Part shown: positions 1 through 10,502 of the stretch, in pieces
How the letters are laid out: each line of letters begins with the position of its first letter
Numbering within the stretch: position 1 is the stretch's first letter
Program-made: the position numbers and the translations under genes
Assembly: GCA_963805625.1 (NCBI GenBank)
Contig: CAWDVE010000016.1
Coordinates: forward strand, 96,001 to 160,000
DNA: 64,000 bases
Source of the DNA: an uncultured Candidatus Rokubacteria bacterium
Lineage (GTDB): Bacteria > Methylomirabilota > Methylomirabilia > Rokubacteriales > DASRDR01
Direction: 5' to 3'
The notes under the pieces: generated by a model
What the model saw: the letters and a program-made list of their open reading frames with translations, nothing else
Database searches by the model: none
Told to the model about the DNA's origin: nothing

Positions 1-2
1 TA

Positions 3-125
3 GCCATGGCGGAGGCGCTTGGCGACGACTTCTGCCTGCTCGACGACGGGCGCACCGTCCACGCCGGCCCGATGGCCGCGCTGGCCGCCGACACCGCGCT
101 CAAACAGCGCTACCTCGGGGTCTGA
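3..125 (+). CDS. C-terminal end of branched-chain amino acid ABC transporter ATP-binding protein (partial, 5' truncated by window)
   Basis: Frame 3 reads AMAEALGDDFCLLDDGRTVHAGPMAALAADTALKQRYLGV*, a typical LivF-like C-terminus (YLG). It lies directly before a LivH-like permease. Confidence 0.8.
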   Translation, partial: AMAEALGDDFCLLDDGRTVHAGPMAALAADTALKQRYLGV

Positions 126-128
126 CCC

Positions 129-1103
129 GTGCGCCGCGCCGTGCCCACGCTCGCTGCCCTCGCGCTCCTGCTCCTGCCGCTCCTCTGGATCGAGCCGCGC
201 ACCTACGTGACGCTCACGGTGGCGGGGCTGGCGATGGGCATGCTCCTCTTCCTGGTGGCCTCCGGCCTCTCGCTCATCTTCGGGCTAATGGACGTGCTCA
301 ACTTCGCCCACGGCGCTCTTTTCTCCTGGGGGGCCTTCGCCGGCTTCAGCGCGGTCGTCCTGCTCGATCGACGGCTCGGTTGGGCGAGCGCGCCCTCGCC
401 CATCGCGAGCCTGGGCCTCCTGGTCGCCGCGGTCCTGGCGGCCGCCCTGGTGGCGGCGGTGCTCGGCGTGCTGCTGGAGCGCGTGGTCGTCCGCCCGGTC
501 TACGGCCAGCACCTCTTCCAGATCCTGATCACCCTCGGCGCCACCATCGTGCTGGAGGAGCTCATCCGCATCGCCTGGGGGCCGAATGACCAGGTGGTGC
601 CGCTGCCCGTGGCGTTCCAGGGCTCGTGGGACCTGGCCGACGTCATCGTGTTGCGCTTTCCGGTGGCGGCGATCGGGCTCGGCCTCCTCGTCTACGCGGG
701 CCTCCAGCTCGTCCTCACCCGGACCCGCGTCGGTCTCATCGTGCGCGCCGGCGTCGAGAACGGCGAGATGGTCCAGGCGATGGGTCACGACCTGCGGCGC
801 TACTTCACCGCCGTGTTCGCCGCCGGCTCCGCGCTCGCGGGGGTGGGCGGCGTCATGTGGGCCTTCTTCGGCCAATCGGTGCGCCCCGCGATGGGGGGCG
901 AGCAGCTGATCTTCGCGTTCATCGTCGTCATCATCGGCGGGCTCGGCAGCGTCACCGGCTCCTTGGTCGGCGCCCTCCTGGTGGGCCTGTCGTACAACTA
1001 CGTGGCGTTCCTGGTCCCGAAGGCTGCCCTCGGCGTGAACATGGCGCTCATGGTGCTGGTCCTGCTCCTGCGGCCGACCGGCCTCTTCGGTGCCTCCCGA
1101 TGA
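129..1103 (+). CDS. livH: Branched-chain amino acid ABC transporter permease (LivH-like)
   Basis: GLSLIFGLMDVLNFAHG and VVIIGGLGS motifs; multiple TM helices. Confidence 0.9.
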   Translation: MRRAVPTLAALALLLLPLLWIEPRTYVTLTVAGLAMGMLLFLVASGLSLIFGLMDVLNFAHGALFSWGAFAGFSAVVLLDRRLGWASAPSPIASLGLLVAAVLAAALVAAVLGVLLERVVVRPVYGQHLFQILITLGATIVLEELIRIAWGPNDQVVPLPVAFQGSWDLADVIVLRFPVAAIGLGLLVYAGLQLVLTRTRVGLIVRAGVENGEMVQAMGHDLRRYFTAVFAAGSALAGVGGVMWAFFGQSVRPAMGGEQLIFAFIVVIIGGLGSVTGSLVGALLVGLSYNYVAFLVPKAALGVNMALMVLVLLLRPTGLFGASR

Positions 1104-2173
1104 GCCGGGGTCCGATGAGACCGGGCCCGTGGCTTGGGCTTGGGCTGATGGCCCTGTTCACCTTGGTGCCGCTCACCGCCGGCTCGTTCCGCACCATCGA
1201 CCTCGCCCTCAAGATCGCGCTGTTCGGCACCCTGGCCGCGAGCTACGACATCCTCCTCGGCTACACCGGCATCGTGTCGTTCGGGCACGCCATGTTCTTC
1301 GGGCTCGGCGCCTACGCGGTGGCACTCGCGCTGGGCAAGCTCGGCGCGGTGACGTACGGGCACCTCGCCCTCGGCCTCGTCGCAGGCCCCGTGACCGCTG
1401 CGGGCATCTCCCTCCTCGTCGGGCTCTTCTCCCTCCGGGTCCAGGCCATCTTCTTCGCGATGGTCACCCTCGCCTTCGCCGAGTTCGCCGTCATCCTGGC
1501 CGTCCAGCTGTCCCCGCTCACCGGGGGCGAGGACGGCCTGAACCTCCGCCTGCCGGGCGTCTTCGCCTCGGGCTGGACGGGCGCCCCCACGCTGGGAGTC
1601 CCGCTGACCAGCCGCGGGATCACGTACTACGGCGTGCTGCTCGTGTGTCTGGCCCTCCTGCTCCTGATGCGCCGCTTCGTCGGCTCACCGCTCGGACACA
1701 CGCTCCAGGCGATCCGCGACAACGCCCTGCGCGCGGAAGCGCTCGGGTACCGGACGTTCGTCTTCCAGCTCGCGGCCACCGCGTTCGCGAGCGGGATCGC
1801 GGGGCTCCTTGGCGGCCTCTACGCGATGTGGGTGCGGTACGTCAATCCGGAGTCGGCCCTCGGCATCTCGATCATGCTCGACGTACTGCTGATGGTCGTG
1901 ATCGGCGGCATCGGGACGCTCTACGGCGGCCTGGTCGGGGCGGCGGTGCTGCTGTCGGCGCGGACGCTCCTGCCCGACCTGCGGGGCCTCGGCGCCACGC
2001 TGGCGCCGGGCTCCGAGATCCTCCAGCGGCTTGCCGACCGGTGGCTGCTCGTCCTCGGGCTCCTGTTCGTGCTGGTCGTTCTCTTCTTCCCGCGCGGGAT
2101 CCTCGGAACGGTGCGGGAGCGCGCGGAGCGGCGCGAGGCCCGGCAGCGTGCGGGTAGCTTGGCCCGCGACTGA
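1100..2173 (+). CDS. livM: Branched-chain amino acid ABC transporter permease (LivM-like)
   Basis: LLGYTGIVSFGHAMFFG, TGGEDG and VVIGGIGTLYG motifs; ATGA overlap with the upstream stop. Confidence 0.9.
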   Translation: MSRGPMRPGPWLGLGLMALFTLVPLTAGSFRTIDLALKIALFGTLAASYDILLGYTGIVSFGHAMFFGLGAYAVALALGKLGAVTYGHLALGLVAGPVTAAGISLLVGLFSLRVQAIFFAMVTLAFAEFAVILAVQLSPLTGGEDGLNLRLPGVFASGWTGAPTLGVPLTSRGITYYGVLLVCLALLLLMRRFVGSPLGHTLQAIRDNALRAEALGYRTFVFQLAATAFASGIAGLLGGLYAMWVRYVNPESALGISIMLDVLLMVVIGGIGTLYGGLVGAAVLLSARTLLPDLRGLGATLAPGSEILQRLADRWLLVLGLLFVLVVLFFPRGILGTVRERAERREARQRAGSLARD

Positions 2174-2304
2174 TGCGCCATGATGATGAGGGGAAGAACC
2201 TGGGCGAGACCTGGCCACGGAGTTGGTGCCGGTAGCTAGCCCGCCGGCGTTCACGGGCAGGCGCGCTACAGATGCCCCTTCACTCTCGACTCGAGGAGAC
2301 GCTC

Positions 2305-3084
2305 ATGCGCGGCAAGCGGATCAAGGCCAAGCTCCGGGTTGGCCAGCCCGTGTTCACGACGGTGCTCAAGTTTCACGCCCCCCGTCTGGTCGAGATGCTG
2401 GCGCGGAGCGGCGCCGATCAGATCTTCCTCGATGCCGAGCACGGCCCGCTAAGCGAGGCGGAGTGCGAGGAGATGGTGCGAGCCGCCGACCTCTACGATG
2501 CGCCCGTGGCCATCCGGGTCCCGGTGAACGCGCCCCACGTGATCCTCCGCTACCTCGACATCGGGACCTCGGCCATCATGGTGCCCCACGTCGTCACCGT
2601 CGCAGATGCCGAGCGCGCGGTGCAGGCCGTGAAGTACCCGCCCGAGGGGACGCGGAGCTTCGCGCCGGGCCGGGGCGCCGAGCTCCTCGGCCTGACGCCC
2701 GCCGAATACGTGCGGCGCTCGAACGAGGAAACCGTCGTCTACGCGCTCTTCGAGGATGTGGCGGGCGTGGACGAGGTCGAGGCCATCTGCCGGGTTCCGG
2801 GCCTCGACGGCGTGGCCGTCGGCGCCTACGACCTTGCGGCCTCCATGGGCCATCCGGGCGAGCCGTGGCGGGAGGACGTCCAGGCGGTCGTCGAGCGTGT
2901 CCTCCAGACGTGCCGCCGGCATCGCATGCCGTTCGGGACGGTTCCCCGGGACCGGGCCGACCTCGCGCGCCAGATCGAGCGGGGGTGCCAGCTGATCACT
3001 GTCTCGACCCTCGACTGGGGGATCCAGGCGACCCGCGACGCCGTCGCCGAGCTGTCGCGGCTAGCCCCGAGGGCGAAGGCCTAG
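2305..3084 (+). CDS. HpcH/HpaI aldolase/citrate lyase family protein
   Basis: IFLDAEHG, IMVPHV, KYPPEGTRS and GAYDLAASMG motifs; GAGGAG RBS before ATG 2305. Confidence 0.88.
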   Translation: MRGKRIKAKLRVGQPVFTTVLKFHAPRLVEMLARSGADQIFLDAEHGPLSEAECEEMVRAADLYDAPVAIRVPVNAPHVILRYLDIGTSAIMVPHVVTVADAERAVQAVKYPPEGTRSFAPGRGAELLGLTPAEYVRRSNEETVVYALFEDVAGVDEVEAICRVPGLDGVAVGAYDLAASMGHPGEPWREDVQAVVERVLQTCRRHRMPFGTVPRDRADLARQIERGCQLITVSTLDWGIQATRDAVAELSRLAPRAKA

Positions 3085-3350
3085 TCCGACTCTCGAGGAA
3101 GGGGGCGGCCTTCCAGACCAGCCAACCCATCAGGTAGGCGTTCTGGACCCGCCAGTCGTCGCACTGGTCGGAGACGATGTCGGCCCGCTCGTCGGTGCCC
3201 TTGGGCAACCGCTCCTTGATCGTCGTGTCCCCGGCGGCGGCGAGCAGTGTCGGGAACCAATCGAGGCCGGAGAAGATCCCATTGGAGACCACTCCAGCCT
3301 TGATCTTGCCCGGCCAGCGGATCATCGCCGGGACGACGGGACGCCCTCTC
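3085..3350 (-). pseudogene. Arylsulfatase remnant with internal deletion
   Basis: VPAMIRWPGKIKAGVVSNGIFSGLDWFPTLLAAAG is joined directly to ERADIVSDQCDDWRVQNAYL, two normally separated C-terminal sulfatase segments. No N-terminal catalytic region. Confidence 0.7.
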
Positions 3351-3406
3351 CGGGCGAGCGCCCGGTGCCCGTGCCATCATTACGCGGACCGTTGCTTCCA
3401 CGCGTC

Positions 3407-4405
3407 CTACTTCTGGAACGGGTAGATGACCTTCCACTCCTGCTTCATGTCGACGACCGTCCAGCCCTTCTGGGTCGCCTCGTCGAGCGCCTTGTCGAGG
3501 CGGCCGATCGGGGACTGCCGGTCGTAGGCCCACTCCCGCTCGCCGTCGGTGTGGCGGACGATACCCATGAACCGAAGCCCGTCGCCGGCGGCGGTCCACT
3601 GGAGCATCTGGTGGTCGCCGTCGGAGTTCCCGAAGGCGAGAAGTGGCCGGCGGCCGATGAAGCGGTTGATGCCGACGGGCTTGCCCGCCTTGTCGTCGAC
3701 GAGGTTGATCTTCGGCAGCTTGACCAGCACCGGCTTGCCGTTCCGCATCTCGAGCTTCGTCTCGCCGACGCTGCCGACGACCTGCTCGGGTGGGATACCG
3801 TAGACCTGTTCGGTGAAGACACGCATGAATTCGACGCCGCCCCCCGAGACGATGAAGGTCTTGAAGCCGTTGGCGCGGAGGTAGGCGAGGAGCTCAAGCA
3901 TCGGCTGGAAGACCAGGTCGGTGTACGGCCGCTGGAAACGCGGGTGCTTCGCTTGCGCCACCCAGTCCTTCACGGTCTGCGCGAACTCGTCGGTCGTCAT
4001 GCCCGTATGGGTCGCGGCGACGACCTCAAAGAGCCCCTTCTCCCCGGCGGCGGCGACGGCCTTCATGTCGTTCTCGAGGATGCCCTGGAAGGGCTGCGTG
4101 GTCTTCCACTCCGAGTGCTTCGGAGCGAGGGCCTTCACCCGGTCGAAGGCGAATAACCCCTGGAAGTACATAGGCTGCTCACTCCAGAGCGTGCCGTCGT
4201 TGTCGAACGTCGCGATGCGCGCCTCTGGCGGGACGTACTGGGCGTTGGCGCGATCGGTCACTGCCTGGACGAACTGCACGATGCTCTGTTTGCTCGGGCC
4301 GTCGTTCCAGGACGGCAGGGGATCCGTCTGGGCGCTGGCAGCCCGCGCGCCCGTCACCACGAGAATCAGTCCCAGGAGCCACAGGCCCAGCGTGCGTCGC
4401 ATCAT
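3407..4405 (-). CDS. Exported HAD-family hydrolase/acid phosphatase (type often found with sulfatase clusters)
   Basis: Signal peptide; DPLPSWNDG, FDNDGTLW, VSGGG and FGNSDGD motifs; AGGAGG RBS. Confidence 0.9.
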   Translation of the reverse strand: MMRRTLGLWLLGLILVVTGARAASAQTDPLPSWNDGPSKQSIVQFVQAVTDRANAQYVPPEARIATFDNDGTLWSEQPMYFQGLFAFDRVKALAPKHSEWKTTQPFQGILENDMKAVAAAGEKGLFEVVAATHTGMTTDEFAQTVKDWVAQAKHPRFQRPYTDLVFQPMLELLAYLRANGFKTFIVSGGGVEFMRVFTEQVYGIPPEQVVGSVGETKLEMRNGKPVLVKLPKINLVDDKAGKPVGINRFIGRRPLLAFGNSDGDHQMLQWTAAGDGLRFMGIVRHTDGEREWAYDRQSPIGRLDKALDEATQKGWTVVDMKQEWKVIYPFQK

Positions 4406-4599
4406 CGTTCCGAGTCCTCCTAGAATTGGTATGCTGCGGTCCGGGCGAAGTGCTGGCCCGAGAAGCGGTCCTCGGCGCAGTGCTGGTCGAGGTGCTCGGC
4501 CGTCACGAGAGTTGCCCACCAGCCGCGGTCTCAGCGGCAGGAGCGGGCTCACGCCGTGGTTCAGGGAGCAGCGCGGCCCAGGCTGACGTCCACGCCCGG

Positions 4600-5061
4600 C
4601 TAGCTGCGCTTGACCGTGGACTCGACGATCACCCAGCGGCCGCCCCGCTTCTCGAGCTTGTACACGAAGGCGCCCCGGCTGTCGCCAAGCTGGCCCTGCC
4701 CGCGGGCCGTCGCGTGCGTGGGGTCGGCGAACTCGACGGTCCACCGGGCGTGCTCGAAGAGTGTCCGGTCCCCCCGCGCCATCAGGGCCGCCATGTCTTC
4801 CCGGTACTGGATCTTCGACACCTGCCCGTCGCCGCTGCCGCGCCCGGTCCCGAAGGCCGGTAGCGAGACGACCTTGGCGTCATCCGCGATCGATAGCAGC
4901 AGCGCGTCGACATCGCGCGCGTTGAATGCAACCCGGTGCGATTCGACCACCTGATTCACCGCGTCCACGTCTGCCTGGGGCATCGGAATCCCCCCCGTCG
5001 TCGCACACCCCGCCGCCAGCATTCCGAGTCCCAGCGCCACCATCCCGATGATGCGTCTCAT
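4600..5061 (-). CDS. Lipoprotein with NTF2-like (SnoaL/DUF4440) domain
   Basis: Lipobox LAAGC; AFNARDVDALL...LEKRGGRWVIV pattern. Confidence 0.7.
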   Translation of the reverse strand: MRRIIGMVALGLGMLAAGCATTGGIPMPQADVDAVNQVVESHRVAFNARDVDALLLSIADDAKVVSLPAFGTGRGSGDGQVSKIQYREDMAALMARGDRTLFEHARWTVEFADPTHATARGQGQLGDSRGAFVYKLEKRGGRWVIVESTVKRS

Positions 5062-5400
5062 GTCCTGATCCTCTCGTTCCTGGAGTTCTGGAATGTTCGT
5101 TGGGCTCCGTGGCCTGCCGCCGTGATCGGCCATGGCTCCCGCGGTCGACCGGGTGAGCCCGCATCGACCTGTGGCCTGACGTCACCGGCGACGGAAGCCC
5201 GGCGCCGCGAAAACCGGCCGAAGGGGGCGCCCGAGGCGCGGAAATCGTTGACACGCGGCCTGGCCCTCCGACCGGATCTGCGACTTCTTCGTCTCGGTCG
5301 ATTCTCGCTAGCGTTTTCGCAGCGACGTGATTCTAGCCGCAGGTTCTCGTCCGGGGTATGGGACCTTGGTCCAATGACGCGCCGGCGGCTCCGCCCGTGG

Positions 5401-5422
5401 TCCGAGGGCGGGCGCCCTCGGA
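5401..5422. terminator. GC hairpin downstream of the STAS gene
   Basis: tccgagggcg-gg-cgccctcgga inverted repeat; no U-tract. Confidence 0.4.
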
Positions 5423-5455
5423 GGCAGTCCCTGACGGCTCCAGCGTGAAGGGACG

Positions 5456-5830
5456 TCAGCCGCGACGGACGCGACGCTGCATCATGTCGAGGTAGGCGTC
5501 GAGCTCGGTTGAGCTTCCGAAGACCTGGCTGGACGGCAGCGCCTTGACGATGTCGAACACCTTCTGCACCGGGGGCTGCAGGTTCAGGAGCACCAGGCCC
5601 GCCCCGCGGCCTTCCAAGACTTTCCGGGCCTTGACGACCGAGCGGATGCCGGCGCTGCTGATGTACTCGAGCGCCGCCAAGTCGAAGACCACCGCCGTGG
5701 CGGCGGGATCGGCCAGGACGGTAGCGAGCCGAGCGTCGAGCTCCGGCGCGGTCACCGTGTCGAGCCGTCCGGTGAGCCGCACCCGGCGCCGGCCGCTACC
5801 CTCGTCCGCAAGCTGGATGTCGAGCGCCAC
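5456..5830 (-). CDS. STAS domain anti-sigma factor antagonist
   Basis: LTGRLDTVTA and LEYISSAGIR (phosphorylatable Ser motif); AAAGGAG RBS. Confidence 0.9.
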   Translation of the reverse strand: MALDIQLADEGSGRRRVRLTGRLDTVTAPELDARLATVLADPAATAVVFDLAALEYISSAGIRSVVKARKVLEGRGAGLVLLNLQPPVQKVFDIVKALPSSQVFGSSTELDAYLDMMQRRVRRG

Positions 5831-5875
5831 GTCACGTTCTCCTTTCAGCCGATTCCGTGCCCGAACCCGTTGCCG

Positions 5876-6838
5876 TCACGCCAGCCCCAGGTTCCGGCGG
5901 ATCCGGGGGAGTGGCTCCTCGGTGTCGGCGACGAACGCGCGCCCGGTCACGGTCTCGTAGGCCTCGATGTAGCGTCGCGCCGCCTCGACCCGCACGTCGT
6001 CGGGGATCGGCGGTGGGGGCCCCTCGCCGGTGTAGCCGATCGCGGCGAAGTAGCGTCGCACGTATTCCTTGTCGAGGGAGCGCGGCTCTTCGCCGCGCGC
6101 GATCCTCCGCTCGTAGTCCTCCGCATACCAGTAGCGCGACGAGTCTGGCGTGTGGATCTCGTCGATGAACAGAATCCGGCCGTCGGGGGCACGCCCGAGC
6201 TCGTACTTCGTGTCGACGAGGATCAGGCCTCGTGCGCGCGCCCGGTCCTGGCCGAACGCGAACATGCGGAGGCACATCGTCTCGAGCTCGTTGAAGGTCC
6301 TCGGGTCGACCAGGCCTCGCTCGACGAGCTGCTCACGCGAGACGGTCTCGTCGTGCGCCCCCTTCTCGGCCTTGGTCGACGGCGTGACCAGCGGCCGCGG
6401 CAGCGGCTCGTTCTTGCGCATCCCGTCGGGCAGGGCGTGGCCCGCAAAGCGCCGCGAGCCCGCCTCGTAGTGCTTCCAGATCGAGGTGGTGGTGACCCCG
6501 GTGAGGTAGGCACGTACGACCATCTCGACCGGCAGCGGCCGGCATTCGATGGCGCGCGTCACGTTCGGATCGGGCACGTCGATCACGTGGTTGGGCGCCA
6601 CGTGCGTCGTCTCCTCGAACCAGTAGGCCGCGAGCTGGTTCAGCACCTGACCCTTGAACGGGATCGTGCCCAGGACCACGTCGAACGCGCTCAGCCGATC
6701 CGACACTACGAGGATCCGCTGGCCGCCTCGGGTGTAGCTCTCCCGCACCTTGCCGTGATGGTGCTCGCCGAGCCCCCGGAGATCGATGCGGTCGAGTGTC
6801 TTCCGGAGCTGCGCCCGCAGGACGCCGTCAGGAACCAA
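5876..6838 (-). CDS. purC: Phosphoribosylaminoimidazolesuccinocarboxamide (SAICAR) synthase
   Basis: [34 protein letters not shown] and LDKEYVR motifs. Confidence 0.95.
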   Translation of the reverse strand: MVPDGVLRAQLRKTLDRIDLRGLGEHHHGKVRESYTRGGQRILVVSDRLSAFDVVLGTIPFKGQVLNQLAAYWFEETTHVAPNHVIDVPDPNVTRAIECRPLPVEMVVRAYLTGVTTTSIWKHYEAGSRRFAGHALPDGMRKNEPLPRPLVTPSTKAEKGAHDETVSREQLVERGLVDPRTFNELETMCLRMFAFGQDRARARGLILVDTKYELGRAPDGRILFIDEIHTPDSSRYWYAEDYERRIARGEEPRSLDKEYVRRYFAAIGYTGEGPPPPIPDDVRVEAARRYIEAYETVTGRAFVADTEEPLPRIRRNLGLA

Positions 6839-7030
6839 GGCTGTCTCCCTCAGCGGCCGCTACGCCCGCGGGCTCCCTGCGTCACTCGACCATCTCGTCA
6901 GCACGCAGGAGCACCGTCGCGGAGCGGCGCCGTGCGGGGGGACCAGTTCTCCCCGCCGTAGGCCGCCGCCCTGGTGAGGTCGGGCATGGGCGTCACGCTA
7001 GCAGAGGGTCGCGCCTGGCGCCAGCCGAGG

Positions 7031-7735
7031 TCAGGCGTCGAGCTGGCGGGCGAGGTCGAGGAAGTCGGTTGCGACGACGTCCCAGTCGGCTTCGGGCGCG
7101 AGGTCCGACGTCTGCTCCGGGCCGTGCTCGGCCGGGCGCGGGACGAACGCCGTGCGGAGCCCGCACGCGCGTGCTGCGCCGAGATCGTAGTTGTGGGCCG
7201 CGACCATCATGACCTCGTCCGGGCGGAGGCCGAGGAGCGCGGCCGCCGTGCGGTAGACCTCAGGTCGCGGCTTGTAGCAGCGGGCGTTCTCAGCGGTGAT
7301 GATGCAGTCCCACGGGAGCCCCGCGAACCGTGCCAGGTGCACCATCCCGGCGAAGCTCCCGTTCGAGAGCGGGGAGAGGATGAACCGCGTGCGGAGGCGG
7401 CCGAGCCCCGGGACGGCGTCGGGCCAGGGATGGAGTCGCCACCACGCGCGGGTGAGGCGGGTGAGGTCAGTCTCGCTGACGCCCTCGATGCCGTGGCGCG
7501 GGAGGAGCTCCTCGAGCCGCCGCCGGTAGATCGTCTCGACCGTGGTCCACGGCCACTCGCCCGAGTTGACACGGTCCATGCCCGGCCGATACCCGGCCTT
7601 CCACTCCGTGAGGAACCGCATCCAGTTGACGTCGAGGCCGCGCGCGGAGCCGAACTCGACGAGCTGGGCGAGGACGCTATCCCGCCAGTCGACGACGGTG
7701 CCGTAGGTGTCGAAGGTCAGCGCCTGGACGGCCAT
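7031..7735 (-). CDS. Haloacid dehalogenase type II
   Basis: FDTYGTVVDW, PWPD, LSNG, YKPRPEVY and MVAAHNYDL motifs. Confidence 0.9.
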   Translation of the reverse strand: MAVQALTFDTYGTVVDWRDSVLAQLVEFGSARGLDVNWMRFLTEWKAGYRPGMDRVNSGEWPWTTVETIYRRRLEELLPRHGIEGVSETDLTRLTRAWWRLHPWPDAVPGLGRLRTRFILSPLSNGSFAGMVHLARFAGLPWDCIITAENARCYKPRPEVYRTAAALLGLRPDEVMMVAAHNYDLGAARACGLRTAFVPRPAEHGPEQTSDLAPEADWDVVATDFLDLARQLDA

Positions 7736-7782
7736 CACGCGTGTGGCCGGGCCGGCCCCCCGCGGGCCCCCCGGACCGTCGC

Positions 7783-9018
7783 CTACCGCTGGAGCCGCGT
7801 GCGGATCCGCTCGACCGCCTCCTCCGTCTGGTCGCGGCGGCCGAAGGCGGTGAACCGGAAGTACCCCTCGCCGCTCGGCCCGAAGCCGACGCCCGGGGTC
7901 CCGACGACGTGGGCCTCCGTGAGCAGCCTGTCGAAGAGGTCCCAGGAGCCGAGGCCGGGCGGTGTCTTGACCCAGATGTAGGGAGCGTTCTCCCCCCCGT
8001 AGACCTGGAACCCCGCCGCGCGCAGCCCGTCGCGGATGATCCGCGCGTTTTCCATGTAGAAGTCGACGGCGGCCCGCACCTCTTTCCGCCCCTCGTCGGT
8101 GTAGCTGGCGGCGGCACCGCGCTGGACGACGTACGGGACGCCGTTGAACTTGGTGGACTGCCGCCGGAACCAGAGCGCGTGAAGACTCGATGGCTGTCCG
8201 CTGGCGGTGCGCCCCTGGAGCTCCTTGGGGACGACGGTGAACGCACAGCGCGTGCCCGTGAACCCGGCGGTCTTCGAGAAGCTCCGGAACTCGATGGCGC
8301 ATTCCCGGGCGCCCTCGATCTCGTAGATCGAGTGCGGCACGTCCGGGTCGCGGATGTACGCCTCGTAGGCGGCGTCGTAGAGGATGACGGCGCCGTGCCG
8401 CCGCGCGTAGTCCACCCAGGTGCGCAGCACGTCGCGCGGCATCACCGCCCCGGTGGGGTTGTTCGGGTAGCAGAGGTAGAGGAGGTCCACCGGGCGATCG
8501 GGGAGGGAGGGCCGGAAGCCGTTCTCGGCAGTGGCAGGCAGGTAGAGGAGCCGGGAGTACCGCCCATCGGGACCCGCCGTGCCGGCCCGCCCGGCCATCG
8601 CGTTCGTGTCCACGTACGCGGGGTACACGGGGTCCACGAGCGCCACCTGCACATCGACGGCGAAGATCTCCTGGATGTTGCCGGTGTCGCTCTTGGCCCC
8701 GTCGCTCACGAAGATCTCGTCGGTCGCGACGCGGACGCCGCGCGCCCCGTAGTCGTGGGCCGCGATGAGCTCGGTCAGGAACTCGTACCCCGTCTCTGGC
8801 CCGTAGCCGCGAAACGTGTCGGCCCGCGCCATCTCGTCGACGGCCTCGTGCATGGCGCGGACGACCGCCGGCGCCAGCGGCAGCGTGACGTCGCCGATTC
8901 CCAGCCGGATGAGCCGGGCGTCCGGATGGGCCGCCGCGAACGCCTTCACCCGCCGCGCGATCTCGGAGAAGAGGTATGTCGGCTTCAGCGTGAGGTAGTG
9001 CTCGTTGATCCTGACCAC
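7783..9018 (-). CDS. dapL: LL-diaminopimelate aminotransferase
   Basis: [36 protein letters not shown] and [13 protein letters not shown] motifs; GTG start with GGGGAG RBS. Confidence 0.95.
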   Translation of the reverse strand: MVRINEHYLTLKPTYLFSEIARRVKAFAAAHPDARLIRLGIGDVTLPLAPAVVRAMHEAVDEMARADTFRGYGPETGYEFLTELIAAHDYGARGVRVATDEIFVSDGAKSDTGNIQEIFAVDVQVALVDPVYPAYVDTNAMAGRAGTAGPDGRYSRLLYLPATAENGFRPSLPDRPVDLLYLCYPNNPTGAVMPRDVLRTWVDYARRHGAVILYDAAYEAYIRDPDVPHSIYEIEGARECAIEFRSFSKTAGFTGTRCAFTVVPKELQGRTASGQPSSLHALWFRRQSTKFNGVPYVVQRGAAASYTDEGRKEVRAAVDFYMENARIIRDGLRAAGFQVYGGENAPYIWVKTPPGLGSWDLFDRLLTEAHVVGTPGVGFGPSGEGYFRFTAFGRRDQTEEAVERIRTRLQR

Positions 9019-9144
9019 GATCGTCTCCCCGGGGTGTGAGGTGGTTGACGGGGATTCTAGCACTGGTTGACGCGCCGGCGGGTCTCGCCCACGATGCGGG
9101 CAAGAGGCCCTCCCCGCCGGAGGAGCCATCCCAGAGGAGGCGGC

Positions 9145-10431
9145 ATGGAAGCGCGGACGCGGAGCGCCCACGAGATGGAGCTGGTGGCAAAGGCCGGCCG
9201 GTACCTGGCCGGGGGCACCCTCGGCAACCTCGTCGAGGAAGTCGTCCTCGCGCGGGGGCGGGGCAGCCGAGTGTGGGACGTGAGCGGCCACGATTACATC
9301 GACTATCTCCTGGGCTCGGGGCCGATGCTGGTCGGGCACGCTCACCCGGAGGTGGTGGCCGCCGTGCGCGAGCAGCTCGAGCTCGGCTCGACGTTCTTCG
9401 CGAACAACGAGCCCGCCATCCTCCTCGCCGAGGAGATCTCGAAAGCGATGCCATGCGCGGAGAAGGTGCGCTTCTGCAGCTCGGGGACGGAGGCGACGCT
9501 CTACGCCATGCGACTCGCCCGCGCCGTCCGGCGCCGCGATCGCATCCTGAAGTTCGAGGGCGGCTACCACGGTATGCACGACTACGCCGTGATGAGCATG
9601 AGCCCGTCGGTGCCGGGCCAGTTCCCGACGCCGGTCGCGGACTCGGCGGGCATTCCCCAGGCCGTCGCGTCGACCATGCTCGTGGCGCCGTTCAACGACC
9701 TCGAGACGACCGCCGCCATCGTCGATCGGCACCACGACGAGCTGGCCGGCGTCATCGTCGAGCCCTTCCAGCGCGTGCTCGCCCCCCGGCCCGGGTTCCT
9801 GTCTGGGCTCCGCGAGCTTACCGCCCGCCACGGCATCCCGCTGATCTTCGACGAGGTCGTCACGTCGTTTCGGTTCGCCTACGGCGGAGCCCAGGAGTTC
9901 TACGGGATCACGCCCGATCTCTGCGCCCTCGGAAAGGCGGTCGGCGGCGGCTTCCCGCTGACCGCCGTCGCCGGCCGCGAGGAGCTGATGGCGCACTTCG
10001 ACCAGACCCGCGTTAGCCGGGACCAGTTCATCCCGCAGGTGGGCACGCTCAGCGGCAATCCGATTGCCACCGCCGCGGGGCTGGCCACCGTCCGGATCCT
10101 GAAGCGCCCCGGCACCTACGAGCGGATGCACGCCCTGGGCCGCCAGCTGAAGGGGGCTCTCCAGCGCATCTGCGACTCGGCGGGCATCCCGGCCCGCGTC
10201 GTCGGCGAGGGGGTGCTGTTCGAGGTCTACTTCACGGACGCGGAGATCAGCGACTACCGCTCGACCCTCAAGGCGGACCGGACTCGGCTGGCGCGCTTCG
10301 TGCAGCTCCTCCGGGAGCGCGGGGTCTTCCGCGGCGCCTCGAAGTTCTACCTGTCCATCGTGCACGACGAGGCCGATATCGCGGAGACGATCAGGGCATT
10401 CGAGTCGGCGGTCGCCGTCCTGGCCGACTGA
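9145..10431 (+). CDS. Class III aminotransferase, glutamate-1-semialdehyde aminomutase-like (probably a paralogue, not proven hemL)
   Basis: [35 protein letters not shown] and GTLSGNP motifs. Confidence 0.85.
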   Translation: MEARTRSAHEMELVAKAGRYLAGGTLGNLVEEVVLARGRGSRVWDVSGHDYIDYLLGSGPMLVGHAHPEVVAAVREQLELGSTFFANNEPAILLAEEISKAMPCAEKVRFCSSGTEATLYAMRLARAVRRRDRILKFEGGYHGMHDYAVMSMSPSVPGQFPTPVADSAGIPQAVASTMLVAPFNDLETTAAIVDRHHDELAGVIVEPFQRVLAPRPGFLSGLRELTARHGIPLIFDEVVTSFRFAYGGAQEFYGITPDLCALGKAVGGGFPLTAVAGREELMAHFDQTRVSRDQFIPQVGTLSGNPIATAAGLATVRILKRPGTYERMHALGRQLKGALQRICDSAGIPARVVGEGVLFEVYFTDAEISDYRSTLKADRTRLARFVQLLRERGVFRGASKFYLSIVHDEADIAETIRAFESAVAVLAD

Positions 10432-10502
10432 TCAGCCGGCCTGGCGGGGTGGGGCGCCGCTCGGCCGACGCCCGGGCGGGTCCGTTGCGGGGCGCAATCC
10501 TG

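Noticed and set aside
2173-2235. Mini-ORF with DDEGKNLGETW resembling an Asp-box
   Set aside because: Too short and imperfect to support.
5101-5163. Patchy similarity (gaccgggtgagccc, ggctcccgc) to 30545-30610
   Set aside because: The longest exact match is 14 nt, which can arise by chance at this GC content. It lacks the GGCCGAAGGCC core and is antisense to the local gene. A degenerate copy cannot be excluded.
7031-10365. ORF-track proteins of 807 and 860 aa suggesting fusions to the HAD and DapL genes
   Set aside because: The N-terminal extensions are alternative frames over neighbouring genes; the real starts are near 7735 and 9018.
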